Counted from the first letter of the stretch, positions 8,876 to 18,654 are shown. The stretch: DNA of 64,000 nt from a bacterium (GCA_030426125.1 JAUHZB010000004.1:9253-73252); one strand, 5' to 3'. Notes: a model not told the origin generated them from the letters alone. Program-made: numbers and translations.

Positions 8876-10108
8876 ATGAGCGAAAACGAAATACAGCATT
8901 TTGTTGGGCTAGACATTGGTACCAACGAAGTCAAATGCGTCGTTGGAAGCCTGGATTCCCAGGAAGATAACAGATTATCTATAATAGGGCACGGCGTCGC
9001 TAGCAATAGTGGCATGAGAAAAGGTACTGTTGTTCGGGTTGGAGATGTTATAGAGTCGGTGGTACAGGCTGTAACTGAGGCAGAAAGAATCTCCGGTTTT
9101 CGCATTAATAGAGCCACAGTTAACGTTAATGGCCCACAAGTGTTGGGCATGAACTCACGGGGTGTAATAGCAATCAGTGCTGCTAATCGAGAAATAACGG
9201 CTGAAGACCGGCTAAGAGTTGAAGAAGCCGCCACAATTGTTAAATTACCTTCGAATCGAGAGATTATCCAAGTATTCGCCAAAAATTATCGTTTAGATGG
9301 ACAAACTGGTATCAAGGATCCTCTTGGTATGAGTGGAGTTAGGCTAGAAGTCGACACCCATATAGTTACAGCTTCAACTCCTACTCTAAAGAATTTAGAC
9401 CTAGTGCTAGAGAAATCACACTTGCAAGCTAATCATCATACGGTCTCCAGTTTAGCAGCTGCTGAAGCTGTTTTAAGCAAACAGCAAAAAGATAGCGGGA
9501 CAGCTCTGATAGACATTGGGGCGGGTACTACAAATTTAGTGGTATTAGAAGAGGGTGAAGTTAGCCACGTGGCAGTGATTCCAATGGGTGGGATAAATAT
9601 TACCAATGATTTAGCCATTGGTCTGAAGACTGATTTAGATATCGCTGATCGCGTCAAGATAGAATATGGGGCACTGAATAAGAAGAATAAAAAGGCACCA
9701 ATATCTTTTATGGTTAACAAAACTCGCCATGAGTTTTCAAATGAAGAAGTAGAAATGATCATCGAAGCACGGATTGAAGAGATTTTTGAATATGTTGATA
9801 AAGAATTAAAGAAGATTCAGCGCTCCAGGAAACTACCTGGCGGTGTGGTCTTGGTCGGAGGAACGGCTAATCTTGGTGGAATTGCTGACTTTGCCAAGGA
9901 GAAACTACAGTTAGCTGCTAGAATTGGTAAAATTCAGGATATCTCAGGTCTGATAGACACTGTGCAATCACCAAAATTTGCTACTGCCGTTGGTCTTATG
10001 ATGTTGGATTTATATCTTGGTGAGTCGACAGCACCATCACAGGAAGGTCAAACCAACAGTAATTTCTTCGGCATGATTGAGGGTCTGATCAAGAGAGTTC
10101 GGAAATAG
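8876..10108 (+). CDS. ftsA: Cell division protein FtsA
   Basis: Actin-fold motifs (VGLDIGTNEVKCVVG, ALIDIGAGTTNLVV, VVLVGGTANLGGI); located directly upstream of ftsZ. Confidence 0.9.
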   Translation: MSENEIQHFVGLDIGTNEVKCVVGSLDSQEDNRLSIIGHGVASNSGMRKGTVVRVGDVIESVVQAVTEAERISGFRINRATVNVNGPQVLGMNSRGVIAISAANREITAEDRLRVEEAATIVKLPSNREIIQVFAKNYRLDGQTGIKDPLGMSGVRLEVDTHIVTASTPTLKNLDLVLEKSHLQANHHTVSSLAAAEAVLSKQQKDSGTALIDIGAGTTNLVVLEEGEVSHVAVIPMGGINITNDLAIGLKTDLDIADRVKIEYGALNKKNKKAPISFMVNKTRHEFSNEEVEMIIEARIEEIFEYVDKELKKIQRSRKLPGGVVLVGGTANLGGIADFAKEKLQLAARIGKIQDISGLIDTVQSPKFATAVGLMMLDLYLGESTAPSQEGQTNSNFFGMIEGLIKRVRK

Positions 10109-10231
10109 TAAAATTCGTTATTCAGTTTTTTATTAATTAACATGCGCTATAATTAATGATTGTTCATTGATAGTAGTAAATTATTGCTATATAATTTTAA
10201 GTATTAAAGAATTAGTTCAAGGATTGTATAT

Positions 10232-11542
10232 ATGCCACAAGTAGCACCGGAAATAGAGACATTCGCAAATATTAAGGTAGTTGGAGTTGGTGGTGCCGGC
10301 GGTGCAGCTGTTAATCGGATGATTGAAGCTGGGGTTGAGGGTGTTGAGTTTATCGTAGTTAATACTGATTCTCAAGCTCTACACTATTCAAAGGCAGATA
10401 CCAAGATACATATTGGTCAGGAGACCACCCGTGGTTTAGGTTCAGGCGCTGATCCAGAAGTAGGTGAAAAAGCAGCTATTGAGTCCCGTGATGAAATTAA
10501 AAAGGCCATAGAGGGTGCAGACATGATCTTTGTCACTATTGGTGCTGGAGGCGGTACTGGTAGCGGAGCCGGGCATGTGGTTGCTGAAGTAGCTAAAGAG
10601 CTAAAAATACTAGTTGTTGGTTTTGCCACTAAACCATTCGCTTTTGAAGGAGAGAAGCGACGCAAGAATGCCGAAATGGCTATCGAAAAGCTAAGAGCAT
10701 CAGTCGATACCCTAATAATTATCCCTAATGATAGACTACTTCAAACCATTGATAGGCAGACGCCACTGCTAGAAGCATTCAAAGTGGCTGATGATGTACT
10801 ACGGCAAGGGGTGCAGGGTATATCTGACCTGATAACTGTCCACGGCTTAATTAATCTAGACTTTGCTGACGTAAAAACAGTTATGAGTGATGCTGGCTCG
10901 GCTCTAATGGGCATTGGTCGAGCTAGCGGTGAAAACAGAGCAGTTCAAGCTGCCCAGCAAGCTATTGAATCACCATTACTGGAAGTATCTATTGATGGGG
11001 CTCGGGGAGTCTTGTTTAACGTAATTGGTGGAAATGATATATCGATGCATGAAATAAACACGGCTGCTGAAACTATTACAGCGGCGGCTGATCCGGGAGC
11101 TAATATTATATTTGGTGCCACTATTAACCAAGAACTAGATGATGAGTTGATTATTACCGTAGTAGCTACTGGTTTCGATGAGACCTATTTCAATAAGCAG
11201 CAACCGACCGCTATCAGCCAGCAAGCAACAGCCAACTCAGACAGTCAAAGTGATTCTAATAGTACTGCTAGCACTACCAGCGAAGCTGATGTCAATGGTT
11301 TAGACATGGATTTAGATAGTTCTAATGATGATGACAGTAGTAATTTCTCGAGTGAACGGGAAACTAACGTACCAAACATCTGGTCAATCGATCAAAAGGA
11401 AGATCAGCATGATTCTAGCAATAATTCTGAGGACCTAGATTCTGAAGAAGATGCTGAAATGGAAAAACCATCGTTCTTGCGAAGGCTAAAAAATCGTAAA
11501 AAACAAACAGACACTGAATCAACAGATACAAAAGAGCAATAA
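10232..11542 (+). CDS. ftsZ: Cell division protein FtsZ
   Basis: Tubulin signature GGGTGSG, NTDSQAL, a long acidic linker and a C-terminal PSFLRRL peptide. Confidence 0.95.
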   Translation: MPQVAPEIETFANIKVVGVGGAGGAAVNRMIEAGVEGVEFIVVNTDSQALHYSKADTKIHIGQETTRGLGSGADPEVGEKAAIESRDEIKKAIEGADMIFVTIGAGGGTGSGAGHVVAEVAKELKILVVGFATKPFAFEGEKRRKNAEMAIEKLRASVDTLIIIPNDRLLQTIDRQTPLLEAFKVADDVLRQGVQGISDLITVHGLINLDFADVKTVMSDAGSALMGIGRASGENRAVQAAQQAIESPLLEVSIDGARGVLFNVIGGNDISMHEINTAAETITAAADPGANIIFGATINQELDDELIITVVATGFDETYFNKQQPTAISQQATANSDSQSDSNSTASTTSEADVNGLDMDLDSSNDDDSSNFSSERETNVPNIWSIDQKEDQHDSSNNSEDLDSEEDAEMEKPSFLRRLKNRKKQTDTESTDTKEQ

Positions 11543-11550
11543 ATGGACAC

Positions 11551-11580
11551 TGCTGTATTAAATAATACAGCAATATTTCG
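11551..11580 (+). terminator. Candidate terminator after ftsZ
   Basis: Perfect 9-bp stem tgctgtatt (11551-59) / aatacagca (11564-72) with loop aaat, followed by aTaTTT. The stem is AT-rich and the U-tract is weak. Confidence 0.4.
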
Positions 11581-11591
11581 CTTGAAAAGCG

Positions 11592-11634
11592 CTATGCATA
11601 GGGCTATTATGGTTACTACATACGCTACATATAG
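11592..11634 (+). promoter_or_regulatory. Two NrdR-box-like palindromes upstream of nrdR-nrdJ
   Basis: CTATGCATAG (11592-11601, a perfect palindrome) and CTACATATAG (11625-34). Their centres are 33 bp apart. Both resemble the core of the NrdR box as I recall it (acaCwAtATaTwGtgt). A TATAGT -10 candidate lies at 11648-53. Confidence 0.35.
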
Positions 11635-11682
11635 CATGGTGTAAACGTATAGTACGTTGATATTGAACCAAAAGGAGATGTC

Positions 11683-12156
11683 ATGAAATGCCGTAAATGC
11701 CATAAAACAGAAACAAAAGTTATCGAATCTAGAGACGTTGCTGAGGGTGATGCTATACGTAGAAGGCGCGAATGTCTTGATTGTAGCTACCGTTTTACAA
11801 CCTATGAAAGAGTGGAAAGACCACAGCTTATAGTTGTAAAGAACAACGGCACTAGAGAAATGTTTAGTAGGGAAAAGTTACTAGCCGGCCTCTATAGGGC
11901 TTGTGATAAAACAACAGTAACTAACGTCGAATTAGAAAAAGTGGCAGCTGATGTCGAGAATAGTTTATATAACTGCAGTGATCCAGAAGTAGCAACTTCG
12001 AAAATTGGGTCGATGGTTATGGATAGGTTGGGTTTGCTCGACGAAGTAGCATACGTGCGTTTCGCTAGCGTCTATCGAAGGTTCAAGGATATAGATGGAT
12101 TTGAGAAGGAATTATCGAAAATCCGTAAAATAAAAAAGGAGAGAACTAAAATTTAA
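11683..12156 (+). CDS. nrdR: Transcriptional repressor NrdR
   Basis: N-terminal zinc ribbon (CRKCH..CLDCSYRFTTYE) plus an ATP-cone; an SD (aaggag) lies upstream. Confidence 0.9.
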   Translation: MKCRKCHKTETKVIESRDVAEGDAIRRRRECLDCSYRFTTYERVERPQLIVVKNNGTREMFSREKLLAGLYRACDKTTVTNVELEKVAADVENSLYNCSDPEVATSKIGSMVMDRLGLLDEVAYVRFASVYRRFKDIDGFEKELSKIRKIKKERTKI

Positions 12157-12265
12157 AAGTTTTATTTGTTCCCACTTAACTCTTTTGTAGGGGGTTAGAT
12201 GGGAGCAAATAGCCAGTAGATGTGAGCTACTAGCTAGGTACTCTAACAAAAAATATAAAACTAAA

Positions 12266-15052
12266 GTGAGTGAGGGTAATATGGGAGAAACTACTATCCT
12301 GGGTAACAGGAGGCTGTTCACACAGCCTAATACAAAGGCTTACGAGTCGTTAAAGTGGCTGAAAACAGACTCGGTAATCGTAAATCCGATGACCGATACG
12401 CCGGTTTTTGAACAGAAAAATGTTGAGTTTCCAGAGGGTTGGTCGCTTAACGCCATTAATATAGTGGCTCAGAAATATTTTACCGGTACGCCAGGTACTA
12501 AGGGCAGAGAAAAATCTTTGAAGGATCTAATAGACCGAGTAGTTGATACGATTACCCGACACGGTCTTCAGGAAGGTTATTTTGAAGATGATGATGAAGC
12601 AAGTTCTTTTAAAGAAGAGCTAAAATACGTACTCGCTACTCAGCGGGCGGCATTTAACTCACCAGTATGGTTTAACATTGGTGCTCCAGAACGTTCACAG
12701 CAAGCTAGTGCCTGCTTTATTTTGGCTGTAGAAGACACCATGCCAGCAATACTTAATTGGTATAAAGAAGAAGGAATGATCTTTAAGGGTGGTTCAGGGG
12801 CTGGCATTAACCTGAGTTCGATCCGATCTTCAGTAGAGTCACTAGGCAAAAGTGCTGGAACAGCATCAGGTCCAATGAGCTTTATGCGTGGAGCTGACTC
12901 TTCAGCCGGAGCAATTAAAAGTGGTGGAAAGACTCGCCGAGCAGCCAAAATGGTAATTTTGAACTCTGATCACCCCGACGTTGAGGAGTTTATTTGGTCA
13001 AAAGCTATCGAAGAGCGAAAAGCTCGAGTTCTAAAAGAGAATGGCTTTGATATGAGCTTGGATGGAAAAGATTCATTCTCTGTTCAATATCAGAATGCCA
13101 ATAACTCCGTTCGCGTTTCTGATGAATTCATGGAAGCAGTAGAAAATGACGAGGAGTGGGAACTTAAGGCAGTTAAGGATGGCCGACCTGTTAAAACAGT
13201 TCGTGCTAAAGATATTTTCAGGCAAATTGCTGAAGCTGCCTGGGAGTGCGCAGATCCGGGTATGCAGTTCGATACAACCATAAATCACTGGCATACAACA
13301 CCGAATGCTGGTCGAATAAATGGTAGTAATCCATGTAGTGAATACATGCACCTAGACAACTCTGCTTGTAACCTAGCTAGCATTAACTTACTTAAGTACT
13401 TAAATGACGATCATACTTTCGACATTGAGTCTTTCAAACATACTGTTGAGTTAATCTTTACTGCTCAGGAAATATTAGTCGGATATTCTGAATATCCAAC
13501 CGAGAGTATAACCAAGAATGCTAAGGCTTATCGAGAGCTTGGTATTGGTTACGCTAACCTTGGCGCACTGCTAATGGCTCAAGGTTTGCCATATGATTCT
13601 GATGAAGGACGGGCCCAGGCAGCAGCTATTACAGCTCTATTGACTGGTCATTCATACGCAACTAGCGCTAAGCTAGCTCGTCGTGTTGGACCGTTTGCTG
13701 GATACCATAAGGACCAAGAAGGTATGATCAAGGTTCTTAAGCAACACCGAGCAGCTGTTTCAGATATTGACGCTAGTTTAGTCTCTGAAGACTTATTAAG
13801 CGCAGCTACAACTGCATGGGATGATGCTGTTGAACTTGGCCAGCTATACGGAATTCGCAACTCACAAGCTAGTGTGCTTGCACCTACTGGGACTATTGGA
13901 CTAATGATGGACTGTGATACTACCGGAATTGAACCAGATCTAGGCTTAGTTAAGGTTAAGAAATTGGTTGGTGGCGGTACTATGCATATCGTGAATCAAA
14001 CAGTACCAAGAGCTCTAGACGCCCTTGGCTACACTAAGAAGCAAAGTCAGGAAATTGTCGACTACATTGATAGCGAGAAGACTATCATTGGAGCACCTCA
14101 TCTAAAAGCCGAGCATCAAAATGTCTTTGCTTGTTCAATGGGCGATAACGCCATCCATTACTTAGGACACGTCAAGATGATGTCAGCTGTTCAGCCATTC
14201 TTATCTGGGGCAATCAGTAAAACAGTTAACATGCCAGAGTCTGCTACCGTAGAAGATATTGAGCAACTACACATTGACTCTTGGAAGATGGGCCTAAAAG
14301 CAGTGGCTGTTTACCGAGATAACTGTAAGGTCGGTCAACCACTTAGCATGGCTAAGAAAGAAGGCGCCAAAGAAGCTGCTCCTAAAGTTGAACAGGCAAC
14401 CGAAAAAGACAAGATTGTAGTTAAAGGCACCTATCGTCGACTACTTCCTAAACGACGAAAAAGTAACACCTACAAGTTCCATATAGCGGACCTAAAGGGC
14501 TTCTTTACTGTTAGTGAATACCAAGATGGTACACCTGGTGAATTGTTTATCAATGTATCTAAACAAGGTTCAACCCTATCTGGGCTAATGGACTCTTTCG
14601 CGATTAGTGTTAGCCATGGATTGCAATACGGCGTACCACTGAAGAGTTACGTAAAGACACTACGTGGTACTAGTTTCGCTCCATCTGGTATTACCGATGA
14701 TGAAGATATCCGAACTGCAAGTTCAATCACCGACTATATCGTTCGGAGGTTAGCTCTAGATTATCTATCATTTGATGATCGGCTAGAACTTGGAATGGCA
14801 GATATAGAAGATATGCCAGATGACCAAACTAGCTTACTAGAAGAAGATTCTAAAGTCGATGATTTGTCTGGCGCCGATAACCCAACCACTGAACAGGTGA
14901 TCGAAAAGCCGGTTAGCACAGCTGAAAGATCTGAAGCAAAGTCATCTAAAGATGACACTGCGCCACTTTGCTACAACTGCGGTAATCAGACGCAGAGAGC
15001 AGGCAGTTGTTATGTTTGTAGCGCTTGTGGATCAACTACTGGCTGTAGTTAG
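12266..15052 (+). CDS. nrdJ: Ribonucleotide reductase, class II (adenosylcobalamin-dependent), with a Cys-rich C-terminal tail
   Basis: RNR catalytic core text (NSPVWFN, SACFIL, NPCSEY, SNLASINL-like CNLASINL). The C-terminus is CYNCGNQTQRAGSCYVCSACGSTTGC. The start is GTG 12266 or ATG 12281. Confidence 0.9.
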   Translation: MSEGNMGETTILGNRRLFTQPNTKAYESLKWLKTDSVIVNPMTDTPVFEQKNVEFPEGWSLNAINIVAQKYFTGTPGTKGREKSLKDLIDRVVDTITRHGLQEGYFEDDDEASSFKEELKYVLATQRAAFNSPVWFNIGAPERSQQASACFILAVEDTMPAILNWYKEEGMIFKGGSGAGINLSSIRSSVESLGKSAGTASGPMSFMRGADSSAGAIKSGGKTRRAAKMVILNSDHPDVEEFIWSKAIEERKARVLKENGFDMSLDGKDSFSVQYQNANNSVRVSDEFMEAVENDEEWELKAVKDGRPVKTVRAKDIFRQIAEAAWECADPGMQFDTTINHWHTTPNAGRINGSNPCSEYMHLDNSACNLASINLLKYLNDDHTFDIESFKHTVELIFTAQEILVGYSEYPTESITKNAKAYRELGIGYANLGALLMAQGLPYDSDEGRAQAAAITALLTGHSYATSAKLARRVGPFAGYHKDQEGMIKVLKQHRAAVSDIDASLVSEDLLSAATTAWDDAVELGQLYGIRNSQASVLAPTGTIGLMMDCDTTGIEPDLGLVKVKKLVGGGTMHIVNQTVPRALDALGYTKKQSQEIVDYIDSEKTIIGAPHLKAEHQNVFACSMGDNAIHYLGHVKMMSAVQPFLSGAISKTVNMPESATVEDIEQLHIDSWKMGLKAVAVYRDNCKVGQPLSMAKKEGAKEAAPKVEQATEKDKIVVKGTYRRLLPKRRKSNTYKFHIADLKGFFTVSEYQDGTPGELFINVSKQGSTLSGLMDSFAISVSHGLQYGVPLKSYVKTLRGTSFAPSGITDDEDIRTASSITDYIVRRLALDYLSFDDRLELGMADIEDMPDDQTSLLEEDSKVDDLSGADNPTTEQVIEKPVSTAERSEAKSSKDDTAPLCYNCGNQTQRAGSCYVCSACGSTTGCS

Positions 15053-15083
15053 CAGTTAACTTGGTTGTGCTAAAATAGCAGAT

Positions 15084-15347
15084 ATGAAAGTCGCTATTTT
15101 GTATCATCCCAAGTCAGACCATGCTCGAAAGGTGGAGGACTATGCTCGTGATTTTTACCACCAGATGCACCATAAACTAGATTTAATTAGTCTTGAGTCT
15201 AGTGAAGGAGCTCATCAGGCTAAACTTTACGACATAGTCCGCTACCCAGCGGTAATGGCTCTGTCTGACAGCGGGGAGCTATTAAAAGTCTGGCAGGGGC
15301 CGGTTTTACCGCTAATGAATGAGGTCTCTTTCTATACAAAGGGCTAA
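15084..15347 (+). CDS. Hypothetical small protein, possibly a thioredoxin/NrdH-like fold lacking redox cysteines
   Basis: 87 aa. The beta-alpha-beta start (KVAILYHPKSDHARKVEDYA) and YPAV (cis-Pro position) resemble the NrdH/glutaredoxin layout, but SDHA stands where CxxC would be. Fold assignment is by eye only. Confidence 0.45.
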   Translation: MKVAILYHPKSDHARKVEDYARDFYHQMHHKLDLISLESSEGAHQAKLYDIVRYPAVMALSDSGELLKVWQGPVLPLMNEVSFYTKG

Positions 15348-15390
15348 ACTAAGCAGGTAGAAGTAGTAACCATTGATTAACACCAAGGAC

Positions 15391-15419
15391 TTGTTAGTTT
15401 ATTACTTGTGTTGTATTAT
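15391..15419 (+). promoter_or_regulatory. Sigma-70-type promoter for the ileS leader
   Basis: TTGTTA (15391-15396), 17-nt spacer, TATTAT (15414-15419). Predicted TSS is near 15426. Confidence 0.45.
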
Positions 15420-15439
15420 TGGCATATAAATGCGTTTCA

Positions 15440-15633
15440 TGTAAATGGATGAGTGACTATCAATCACGAAGCAGTAGAAAGAAATAGTGTACTTAGTAAA
15501 CCACTAGAGTAGAATCTACCGGAACAGACCGTAACCCTGACAACAAGAGCTAAAAGAATCACTTCTTTTGGAAGCCAGATGGTACCTCCCTCAAAGGGAT
15601 CTGGCAGACAGAAGAGGTGATTTTTGTTTTTTT
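15440..15633 (+). promoter_or_regulatory. T-box riboswitch leader (Ile specifier) with intrinsic terminator, controlling ileS
   Basis: The T-box core CAGAUGGUACC forms a canonical antiterminator. Helix gccaga 15574-79 pairs with tctggc 15600-05, the 7-nt bulge is UGGUACC 15580-86, and helix tccct 15587-91 pairs with aggga 15595-99. Upstream elements are a GAUGA K-turn-like motif (15448-52), a short hairpin gtga/tcac with loop CUAUCAA presenting AUC+A (15459-62), a Stem II candidate and F-box-like CCGUAA (15529-34). The terminator arms are 15557-70 and 15609-22, followed by a U-run at 15621-33. Confidence 0.8.
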
Positions 15634-15654
15634 AACTATTACAATAGGAGTAAG

Positions 15655-18585
15655 ATGAAGTTTAAAGCCGGATCTCGCAGAAAAGCACTAGAATACGAAA
15701 AGTATTGGGTTGAGCAGTGGAAAAAAGAAGATACTTTTCGGCGTTCTGTAGAAAATAGACCAAAAGACAATAGCTATGTGTTTTATGATGGTCCACCGTT
15801 TATATCTGGATCACCGCATCATGGCACATTACTTAGTTCTATCGTAAAAGACGTAATTCCTCGTTACCAAACCATGAAAGGTAAGCGAGTCGAGCGAGTT
15901 TGGGGATGGGACTGTCATGGTTTACCAGCGGAGCGGTTTACCGAGAAGAAACTTGGTATTCACTCTCGGCAGGAAGTTCTAGATTATGGTATCGAAAAGT
16001 ATATTGTTGCTACTAGAGAGAACATGATTCAGACCAGCAGTGAATGGGAAGACGTCGTTGATCGCATCGGTCGGTGGGTAGACTTCAAGGGTGCTTACAA
16101 AACCATGGATAAGGAGTATATGGAGTCAGTCTGGTGGGCTTTTAAGGAGCTTTATCAGAAAGGTAAGATCTACGAAGGTGAACGGGTTTTGATGTACTGT
16201 ACGCTTGACGGTACACCGCTGTCAAAAGCTGAAGTAACGATGGATAGTGGAGCCTATCAGGACGTTACTGATCCAAGTGTTTACGTAAAATTTAAGGTTG
16301 TAGATGAAGACTATTCACTATTAGCCTGGACTACAACTCCTTGGACTCTACCAGCCAATAGTGCTGTTGCGGTCAATAAAGAGCTAGATTACGTTAAAGT
16401 AGAGCTAGATGGTGAACGTTTGGTGTTAGCCAAAGATCTAGCGGAGAAGGTATTAACTGATGAAAAACATCAGTCGCTAGATTACAAGGTTATTACAGAG
16501 CTAAAGGGCAGTCAGTTGGTTGGAAAACGCTACCAACCACTATTCGCTGATCGCGGTGAAGGAGCTCATCAGGTTTGGGATGCCGATTATGTTAGCGCTG
16601 AGGATGGTTCTGGTATAGTTCACTTAGCTCCGGCTTACGGTGAAGAAGATTTTGAACTAGCAAATGCCCATAAAATACCAGTTATTCATGTCATTGATCA
16701 GAATGGATACTACAGTGAAGGTGACTGGAAGGGGCAGAATGTCTGGGAAGCAAACAAGCCAATTGCAAAAGAGCTGAAGCAAAGAGGTGATGTTCTTAAA
16801 ATTGACTATATCAGGCACAGTTATCCGCATTGTCATAGGTGTGGCACTCGTTTGATGTATAGGGCTCACCCTAGTTGGTTTATGAATATAGATGGTCAAC
16901 GCCATGAGATGCTAGAAAAGAATCAGCCAATTAATTGGTTTCCACCGCATGTAAAAAATGGCCGTTTTGCCAAGACGATAGAGCAGGCGCCAGATTGGAA
17001 TATCTCAAGAGATCGTTTTTGGGCTACTGGTATGCCGGTTTGGAAGGGTGTCGATAAAGACGGCAATGAACACACTAAAGTGATAGGTAGCTACCAAGAG
17101 CTAAAGGAACTATCTGGCGTAGAGTTGGATGACTACCACCGACCGTGGGTAGATGAGATTACATTTGAGATCGACGGGGTTAGCTACAAACGCATAGACA
17201 AGGTTATGGATAGCTGGTTTGAGGCTGGAAGTATGCCATTTGCCCAGTTCCACTATCCCTTCCAGAATAAGCAGAAATTTGAAGATAACTTCCCGGGTGA
17301 CTTTATCGTCGAGTATATTGGTCAAGTTAGGGCCTGGTTCTATTACATGCACGCCATGAGCGTGGCATTATTTGGTCAGAACTCTTTTAAGAACGTTATT
17401 GTTACTGGAAATGTGGCTGGTAGTGATGGTCGGAAGATGAGTAAAAGCTACGGTAATTATACCGACCCAAATGAACTTATGGACCAATTTTCAGCAGATT
17501 CACTACGCTTCCTTCTTGTGCAGAGCCCACTACTAAATGGAGAGGACTTTACACTACAAGATAAAGAGGTAGGAGATGTTGCTCGTAAGTTGAGTATGAT
17601 CTGGAATATGTATGACTTCTTTACAATGTACGCTGAAGTAGATGACTGGCAGTGGGACGGGGAGCACAAAGACCCTAGTCAGGATTGTGATAACCCCCTC
17701 GATCTTTGGATAATTAGCCGCGTTCATCAGTTGGCTGAGGAGATAGAGCAACATATTGACGGTTATGACTTGCCAAACGCAACTAAGCCAATCCTGCCTT
17801 TCATTGACGACGCTAGTAACTGGTATGTAAGGCGTTCACGGCGTCGTTTCTGGAAAAGCGGGGATGATAAGGACAAGAATAATGCCTATCGGACACTACA
17901 CTATGTTCTGACGCATCTTAGCATCATCATGGCACCGATTACTCCATTCCTCTCCGAAGAACTCTACAGCAAGCTTACAGGCGGTGAAACGTCGGTTCAT
18001 TTACTGGATTGGCCAAAATCTGGGAAAATAGATCAGACTTTGGTAAATAAGATGAAAGTGGTCAGGCACTTAATTACAATTGGGCTTGGTCTTAGAGCCC
18101 AGAATTCATTAAAAGTTAGACAGCCACTAGCTAGCGTAACCCTAAAAAGAGCTTTACCGGAAGAATTAGCAACAATCTTAAAAGAGGAGTTAAATGTTAA
18201 AAAGGTTCTAGTAAGCGATAAACACCCTGATCCTGAAAAAACCTTCCTAGAGAACATAGAAGAAGGTAATATTTCGCAGTTGTATAAGTTGGAGTTGGAC
18301 ATGGAGCTGACTCCAGAGCTCGTCGAAGAAGGGCTGGTTAGAGAAGTTATACGGCAAGTTCAGAATAACCGTAAGAAAGCTGGCTTAGAGGTTGATGATC
18401 GAATAAAGCTGGTTCTAAAATCTGAAGATCAGGGCCTAGCGCGAGCAATTAAGAACTTTAGTAATGAGATACAAGCAGAAACCTTAGCTACTAACTTATC
18501 TGAAGAAGGTAGCCTGGCTTACAGTAGTAAGCTGAAGGTAGATAGTAAAGAGTTGGTAATTGAGTTAGAAAAAGCGGAATCTTAG
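15655..18585 (+). CDS. ileS: Isoleucyl-tRNA synthetase
   Basis: HIGH-type motif (PHHGT) and KMSKS. The start is moved to ATG 15655 (SD aggag at 15646-50) because the ORF-track N-terminal extension overlies the T-box terminator. The 976-aa layout lacks a C-terminal zinc-finger region, so it is probably a type-2 IleRS. Confidence 0.95.
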   Translation: MKFKAGSRRKALEYEKYWVEQWKKEDTFRRSVENRPKDNSYVFYDGPPFISGSPHHGTLLSSIVKDVIPRYQTMKGKRVERVWGWDCHGLPAERFTEKKLGIHSRQEVLDYGIEKYIVATRENMIQTSSEWEDVVDRIGRWVDFKGAYKTMDKEYMESVWWAFKELYQKGKIYEGERVLMYCTLDGTPLSKAEVTMDSGAYQDVTDPSVYVKFKVVDEDYSLLAWTTTPWTLPANSAVAVNKELDYVKVELDGERLVLAKDLAEKVLTDEKHQSLDYKVITELKGSQLVGKRYQPLFADRGEGAHQVWDADYVSAEDGSGIVHLAPAYGEEDFELANAHKIPVIHVIDQNGYYSEGDWKGQNVWEANKPIAKELKQRGDVLKIDYIRHSYPHCHRCGTRLMYRAHPSWFMNIDGQRHEMLEKNQPINWFPPHVKNGRFAKTIEQAPDWNISRDRFWATGMPVWKGVDKDGNEHTKVIGSYQELKELSGVELDDYHRPWVDEITFEIDGVSYKRIDKVMDSWFEAGSMPFAQFHYPFQNKQKFEDNFPGDFIVEYIGQVRAWFYYMHAMSVALFGQNSFKNVIVTGNVAGSDGRKMSKSYGNYTDPNELMDQFSADSLRFLLVQSPLLNGEDFTLQDKEVGDVARKLSMIWNMYDFFTMYAEVDDWQWDGEHKDPSQDCDNPLDLWIISRVHQLAEEIEQHIDGYDLPNATKPILPFIDDASNWYVRRSRRRFWKSGDDKDKNNAYRTLHYVLTHLSIIMAPITPFLSEELYSKLTGGETSVHLLDWPKSGKIDQTLVNKMKVVRHLITIGLGLRAQNSLKVRQPLASVTLKRALPEELATILKEELNVKKVLVSDKHPDPEKTFLENIEEGNISQLYKLELDMELTPELVEEGLVREVIRQVQNNRKKAGLEVDDRIKLVLKSEDQGLARAIKNFSNEIQAETLATNLSEEGSLAYSSKLKVDSKELVIELEKAES

Positions 18586-18654
18586 GACACTTTACACTTT
18601 ACAGAGGTAGGATTATTTGGTACTATCTAATTTGTAATATTTTTAGGAAGTAAT

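Noticed and set aside
8773-9282. 169-aa minus-strand ORF overlapping the map/ftsA junction
   Set aside because: It is antisense to ftsA (clear actin-fold motifs on the + strand) and has no motif of its own. The same reasoning applies to the other antisense ORFs in the track, for example 9436..9762, 12640..12948, 34358..34705, 46820..47209, 52159..52422 and 63221..63412.
12157-12265. Cobalamin riboswitch upstream of the B12-dependent nrdJ
   Set aside because: The spacer is only 109 nt, and I see no B12-box/GCCACUG-like core or the required multi-helix architecture.
15568-15654. N-terminal 29-codon extension of the ileS ORF (MEARWYLPQRD...)
   Set aside because: This stretch is the T-box antiterminator/terminator RNA and includes the U-run. 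A proper SD (aggag) precedes ATG 15655, and the IleRS homology starts there.
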